This document shows, one piece after another, positions 59,331-64,000 of a stretch of DNA of 64,000 nucleotides. The stretch lies in the IMG/VR virus record IMGVR_UViG_3300005573_001064; one strand, 5' to 3'. Numbering within the stretch: the first letter of the stretch is position 1; each line of letters begins with the position of its first letter. This DNA is from an uncultured virus (IMG/VR IMGVR_UViG_3300005573_001064) (lineage: Duplodnaviria > Heunggongvirae > Uroviricota > Caudoviricetes). Below the pieces are notes generated by a model that worked only from the letters and a program-made list of their open reading frames with translations, did not search any database and had not been told where the DNA came from. A program made the translations under genes and the position numbers.

Positions 59331-60306
59331 TTCTTCACCTCTTCTTTCATCTCGATTCCTCCTCCTTAAGAACTTTCTTCGCTGCTTCCACACCCACCAG
59401 AAAGACAGTCGTTGCTAGGGCCTCTCCAAGCGCCTCCATATCATGGACTGAGACACTCCCTCCGATTGACTCCGCTATGTCCTCAAGCTCACCGAGGTTG
59501 GCGAGTATCTCATTGCAGATGCGTTTCCTGAGTTTCTCTATCTTTTCGTTGGACACGTTCTGTACCTTAAGATAGAAGTTCACTCCTAGTATGGCCAGTT
59601 CGTACAAAAACGATGCCGCTCTCTCTTCTCCACTCTTCTTCATCTTACCATCTCCCTTTTCTTTTCTTTCATCCGAACCACTCACCCAGATTCTTCTTGC
59701 ACGGACCACAACTTGCACAATAGGATACAGTTCTCTCGGCCACGAATTGGCCCACAACCATAACATGTATCTCGATGAGCTTGCCCCCGCAGACCACACA
59801 TTTGGCTCTGATGGGGCGTATCTGTACTATCATCGGGTCGTCGCTACGGACTTCCATCCATTTCCTTCCAGGCTTGATATCCCATTCCATTGTCACCACT
59901 TCCTGTAAATTACGGAATTATGCACTTGTAATTCGTGAGCGACCGACACACTGGAGGCCCGATGCATAGGCCCCGCTCATTCCTGCACCAGCACTTCTTG
60001 GTGGGGCCTTGAGCGTTCCTTCCCTGACCCGTGGACACGTCTTTAGTTGGACTGTTGTGAATTTCAATTTATCCTCCTTCCCTCTCTTCTTTCTGAGTTT
60101 CTCTATGCTCCTGTCCTTACCACCCTCGTTAATAGTTTTATACTCATCTTAATCACAAGAGCACTTCTTTCCGATTTTAGGCCAATCGCATCCCTCCGAC
60201 TGAAATCCGCACTCGAAACATATCCAATGACCTGTTGGGCATTTATCCATTTTCTTTCCGCACCTCGGACACTTGTCTTGCTTCTTGGTCATCTCAATCA
60301 CCTTCG

Positions 60307-60447
60307 TCATCCCCCGTAATCTGCTCCATACATGCTCTCAAACTCTTTTCCCTTGCACCATCCCATTGGAACAGGCAGTCCCTCACAGGTCTTGAACCCT
60401 GTACAATACAGACACAATTTATCAAATTCCTGCCTCCTGTCAGTCAT
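60307..60447 (-). CDS. 46-aa Cys-rich peptide, paralogous to the N-terminus of 58716-59330
   Basis: Shares an exact 75-bp segment encoding KLCLYCTGFKTCEGLPVPMGWCKGK. Confidence 0.55.
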   Translation of the reverse strand: MTDRRQEFDKLCLYCTGFKTCEGLPVPMGWCKGKEFESMYGADYGG

Positions 60448-60592
60448 TTCAATCACCCCACTGAGTAGTTGTCTTGGGTTCTCGGGTCCACCGGATTGTG
60501 GATGCAGTGGTCACAATAGCCTATTTTTATCGCATTCCAGCATTTCTTTCCGCATGGCCCCACAGGCCACTCACCACCAGCTAGTTCTCCAA

Positions 60593-60763
60593 TTATTCCA
60601 CTCTTCTCCATCTTACCTCATCTCCCCCCCAGTACGGAGGACTGGTCACGTACGGAGGACTGGTCACGACGCACTGGACGCTCTCCGATGGCAGTGTCCT
60701 GAGGACATCAATCACATGCCCGACCTTGTATTTCCACATGTTCAGACCTGCCTTGGACTCCAT
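60593..60763 (-). pseudogene. Truncated beta-class DNA methyltransferase with duplicated SPPY motif
   Basis: Translated by hand: ...GHVIDVLRTLPSESVQCVVTSPPYVTSPPYWGG...stop. Confidence 0.75.
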
Positions 60764-60777
60764 TGCCTTTGAAGTGC

Positions 60778-62235
60778 TTATTCTTCTTCCAGCAATCTAC
60801 CATATTTTATGCTCGCACACGAATCCACACGTTTCACTCTGGGTGCTGTTTTGTAAGTGGTATCCTTGAGATATCTGGGCCATTCCACCTTTTCACCCTT
60901 CATGAGCTGTTCTACGGTGTATATTTGTATCTTCGGGTAGGTCTTTTCTTCCAGACCTGGCGGTTTGTATCGTCCAGCAGATGATGCCTCCTCTTTCATG
61001 GGTTTGGTCGGTGGCTCAAGGGTGATTAGTACGCCTATCGCTGCTTTCTCTCTATCGACCACTCTCGCCAAATCACGGACATCCTTGGCGCTGACATGCC
61101 CCGATTTGACACTATAAACTATGGCTTCCGTCTTACCAGGAACCTCGAAGTATCTTCTTCCATCCAGTCCCCTGTCAGCCCCCTTCTTCAGCTTCCCATG
61201 TGGTCTGGCGCCGTCCAGTCCGAGGGCCCATAACTGGAACTGATATCTGGCCTCAGAGTCGCTGGATTCGGCCAGTCGACGAGCATCCTCCACGGTGACA
61301 GGTTCGCCTATGACCTTGTAGACGGCATTCGGACATGAATCCTTCAGTCTCGACTTGATAACATTGATGGCGAGGGCCGTGATGTCTATGCCTATCCATT
61401 TCCTGCCGAGACGCTGGGCCACGGCTATGGTTGTGCCGCACCCGCAGAATGGGTCCAGCACGACATCACCCTCATTGGAGGACGCCTTGATGATGCGTTC
61501 CAGCAGGGCCTCAGGTTTCTGAGTGGGATAACCGAGGCGTTCCTTCGCCATGTTGTTTATCGTTGGTATATCCCATACATCATCCATTTTTTTCAGTTCG
61601 CCCTTTAGCATCTGCGATTTCGCTGGCACCATCTGAGGCACGAATTTCATGGTTTTTGATTTTGAATACATAAATATAGTATCGTGCTTGGCACTCCACT
61701 GCCGAGGTGAACTACCGCCAAGCCCATAGTGCCACACAATTTCATTCCTGAAGTTCTCTGGGCCGAATATAGCATCCATCACGATTTTAATATAGTGGCC
61801 TGCTGTCTGGTCGCAGTGCAGATAGATGCTCCCTGTCGGCTTAAGCACCCGCTTCATCTCGACCAACCTGCTCGCCATCATAACGAGATAGGCGAACATG
61901 TTACTGAAGCCGAGTATCTTCTCCAGGCCGACCATGGTATCGGCGACCTTACCGCCGAGGGCCTTGAGGAATACGAGGAGCTCAGCCACATCGTCGTTCC
62001 AGGTCCACGTATCGTCGAATCCTTTTATCTGAGAGGCTGCACCTCTACCGTCGGGTTCCCTGAATATGATGTTGTATACCCTGTTACTATTAAATGGAGG
62101 GTCCAAATATATCAGGTCCACGCTCTCATCCTTGATGTATCTCTCCCCGTTCAGGTCTCTGCCCCTCAGTATATCGAGGCAGTCTCCATAATACAGAACT
62201 CCATCACGTGCATTTTCGGTCATCTTAATCACCAT
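60778..62235 (-). CDS. N6-adenine DNA methyltransferase fused to an Mrr-like endonuclease domain
   Basis: YLDPPF, YPTQKP, LDPFCGCGTT; C-terminal FQ.WA...DRGLDG...SVKSG...VRDL. Confidence 0.88.
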   Translation of the reverse strand: MVIKMTENARDGVLYYGDCLDILRGRDLNGERYIKDESVDLIYLDPPFNSNRVYNIIFREPDGRGAASQIKGFDDTWTWNDDVAELLVFLKALGGKVADTMVGLEKILGFSNMFAYLVMMASRLVEMKRVLKPTGSIYLHCDQTAGHYIKIVMDAIFGPENFRNEIVWHYGLGGSSPRQWSAKHDTIFMYSKSKTMKFVPQMVPAKSQMLKGELKKMDDVWDIPTINNMAKERLGYPTQKPEALLERIIKASSNEGDVVLDPFCGCGTTIAVAQRLGRKWIGIDITALAINVIKSRLKDSCPNAVYKVIGEPVTVEDARRLAESSDSEARYQFQLWALGLDGARPHGKLKKGADRGLDGRRYFEVPGKTEAIVYSVKSGHVSAKDVRDLARVVDREKAAIGVLITLEPPTKPMKEEASSAGRYKPPGLEEKTYPKIQIYTVEQLMKGEKVEWPRYLKDTTYKTAPRVKRVDSCASIKYGRLLEEE

Positions 62236-62498
62236 CTTCTCTTTATGCTTACTGCCATCCCGACAGGTATCTCATCGACCATCTCAATCACCTTTTGGGC
62301 CAATGACAGCCCTCCGATTGAACCTTTATCCTGTTTTCTCCTCTATTTTAATTACATTCTGTTTATTGATTTTTACTGTGCCATCCATTCTTTTTACGAT
62401 AATCCAGAGGCCATTTTCTTCGACTAATCCTCTGATGGTTCTCACTCCTCCCCCTTCATTGTAAGTAACTGTAGACTCATTACTTCTTTCCATCACCC

Positions 62499-62816
62499 TC
62501 ACTCCTTTTCCAAAAGTTTTTCGATTTTCTCCAGAGTAAGCCCTTTCTTTTTAACAAACCATTTCCAATGATTCTTTGGTTTTGTACTATATCCTGCATA
62601 GGGTAGATGAGCGTCGGATGGTTTAGGGCAATGCACATAACCCCAATCCTCAAGATTTCTGAGTATTTTATTTATTCTTGCATCAATATCTGGTTTATTA
62701 TATTTCCAAGCAACCCTCTCTTTTATCCTGTCGTCCGAAATTAATGCAATATATGACATAGGTCTTACAGATAATATCTTATATATATAAAGATATAGGG
62801 CTGGCGGTAATATCAT
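62499..62816 (-). CDS. Hypothetical protein, possibly winged helix
   Basis: INKILRNLEDWGYV. Confidence 0.4.
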   Translation of the reverse strand: MILPPALYLYIYKILSVRPMSYIALISDDRIKERVAWKYNKPDIDARINKILRNLEDWGYVHCPKPSDAHLPYAGYSTKPKNHWKWFVKKKGLTLEKIEKLLEKE

Positions 62817-63035
62817 TTATATCACCCCTTTTTGAAGTCTGCTCGTTTCACTAATTCATGCAAGGAATCAGACAACAGCGGTAAACTGCATTGCCCATAT
62901 TTAATGGACCATAATCTGCATTCTTTTTCAACACATTGATAATTTATTATGGGACAAAACCAACCAGGTTTATTTTCCTTGATTATTTTCGTCTTTAAAG
63001 TCCCCCCATTATTTTCCATCTCTGAAGCCCCCCAA

Positions 63036-63971
63036 TCATTCATCCTTGAAGTATTTTAAGAACATCCTATATTCGATTTGGTCATCCAGTGCTTGCTCAT
63101 TCCAGCCTGTTTTTTTCATAATATCCTGAACAAATTCTCTACGATGGGATGTTGTATTATGATGCTCAATTAATTTCTTTTTACTTTCAAACTGTTTACC
63201 GCAAGTGCATTGGAACATATCTGTATCCTCATTCTTATAGTAATATCCTTTTTCGATACATATACAGTTTCTATGTAATTCCTTTGCGATTCTCATCGTC
63301 GTTGCCGTTCCAGCAAAAGGGTCTAGAACCCAATCCCCTTCATCAGATGACGCCAATAAACATCGTCTTACTTGTTCATAGTTTTTCTGTGTTGGGTGTT
63401 TCCCAACATTCATGCGGGTATCTACAGGAATAATCCAATAGTTGTGCATCTGTTTGCCTCTTGGAGAATCTGGAGGGCCATGATATTTTTTCATTCTGTG
63501 GTATGCAAAATAATATTTTTCATAAGGTCTTGCCCAAATCATTTCCTCTGTAGCAGCAGCAAATCGCACGCCTTTTAAATTTGGTACAGCATTCGGCTTT
63601 ATTATGACAATATTATTGATATGACTGTAGCCCAATTTCTCCATTGCCATTCTTATTGTCCATAGGTTGAAATTCCAGAAGCCACAAATCCAAATTGTTC
63701 CATCTTTAGCGATTAGTGGTTTCACCAGCTTAAGCCAACGATAATTGAAATCATAAACTTTCCGCCAATCTGCTTCATCATCCCAACTTCCTTTAAACAA
63801 TCTGATGCCTTTTCGCTTCATTAGACCTTCAGGTCTGGCGAGAATCCCTTTGCCACTGCTAACAAAATAAGGTGGGTCTGCAAATACAGTTCGAAATTTA
63901 TGTTTCCATTTTTCTTGTTTATCTTTCAGTATTTCAAAAGTATTCCCAAAATATATATGCAGTTTCAACAT
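63036..63971 (-). CDS. Beta-class N6-adenine methyltransferase (DpnA/CcrM-like)
   Basis: FADPPY, KGSWD, KQM..YW, GKHPTQK, LDPFAGTATT; C2H2-like insert near the C-terminus. Confidence 0.9.
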   Translation of the reverse strand: MLKLHIYFGNTFEILKDKQEKWKHKFRTVFADPPYFVSSGKGILARPEGLMKRKGIRLFKGSWDDEADWRKVYDFNYRWLKLVKPLIAKDGTIWICGFWNFNLWTIRMAMEKLGYSHINNIVIIKPNAVPNLKGVRFAAATEEMIWARPYEKYYFAYHRMKKYHGPPDSPRGKQMHNYWIIPVDTRMNVGKHPTQKNYEQVRRCLLASSDEGDWVLDPFAGTATTMRIAKELHRNCICIEKGYYYKNEDTDMFQCTCGKQFESKKKLIEHHNTTSHRREFVQDIMKKTGWNEQALDDQIEYRMFLKYFKDE

Positions 63972-64000
63972 TATTTCTGCCCTCCCTATTTCTTTTCTTC

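Noticed and set aside
59226..60420. Diversity-generating retroelement TR/VR pair
   Set aside because: Copies are identical rather than adenine-mutated, and no reverse transcriptase is in the window.
1..64000. Classification as a Borg-type element
   Set aside because: Some tandem repeats and a strand switch are present, but they are few and no marker I can verify supports it; element ends are not visible.

Overview
This 64-kb window looks like part of a large archaeal virus or virus-like extrachromosomal element. Archaeal signals include BRE-TATA promoters, GGAGG/GGTGA ribosome-binding sites, and PolB, AEP primase, TRAM, ERCC4 and Hel308-like genes. No rRNA, tRNA or housekeeping operon is visible, and I saw no capsid gene. 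Plus-strand genes at 1-8.3 kb converge on one long minus-strand arm. They encode a LAGLIDADG endonuclease, beta-sandwich proteins, TnpB, coiled-coil proteins, a transglutaminase-like cysteine protease and a Zn-phospholipase C. The minus arm carries: small accessory genes; a serine recombinase; GT2, HerA and RimK; a Ski2/Hel308 helicase; a GC-rich anti-defence island ending in an AcrIII-1 ring nuclease; a frameshifted Dam-like methylase; a block of giant mosaic proteins with a Ku/LigD end-joining module; a second TnpB; a replication cluster; an MCM-like ATPase beside a repeat-rich putative origin; UDG; and several DNA methyltransferases. The strongest novel candidates are: (i) two ~1,060-1,100 aa polyproteins whose unrelated small domains are delimited by a recurrent Asn-Pro/Asn-Gly motif, with a candidate processing protease in the window; (ii) RimK together with two lysine-rich histone-like proteins that both end in EEEE; (iii) a viral NHEJ module whose ligase is split by an inserted gene; (iv) an Acr island with a duplicated three-hairpin 5' leader; (v) a double-palindrome element present four times. 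All protein calls come from motif recognition by eye; no searches were run.
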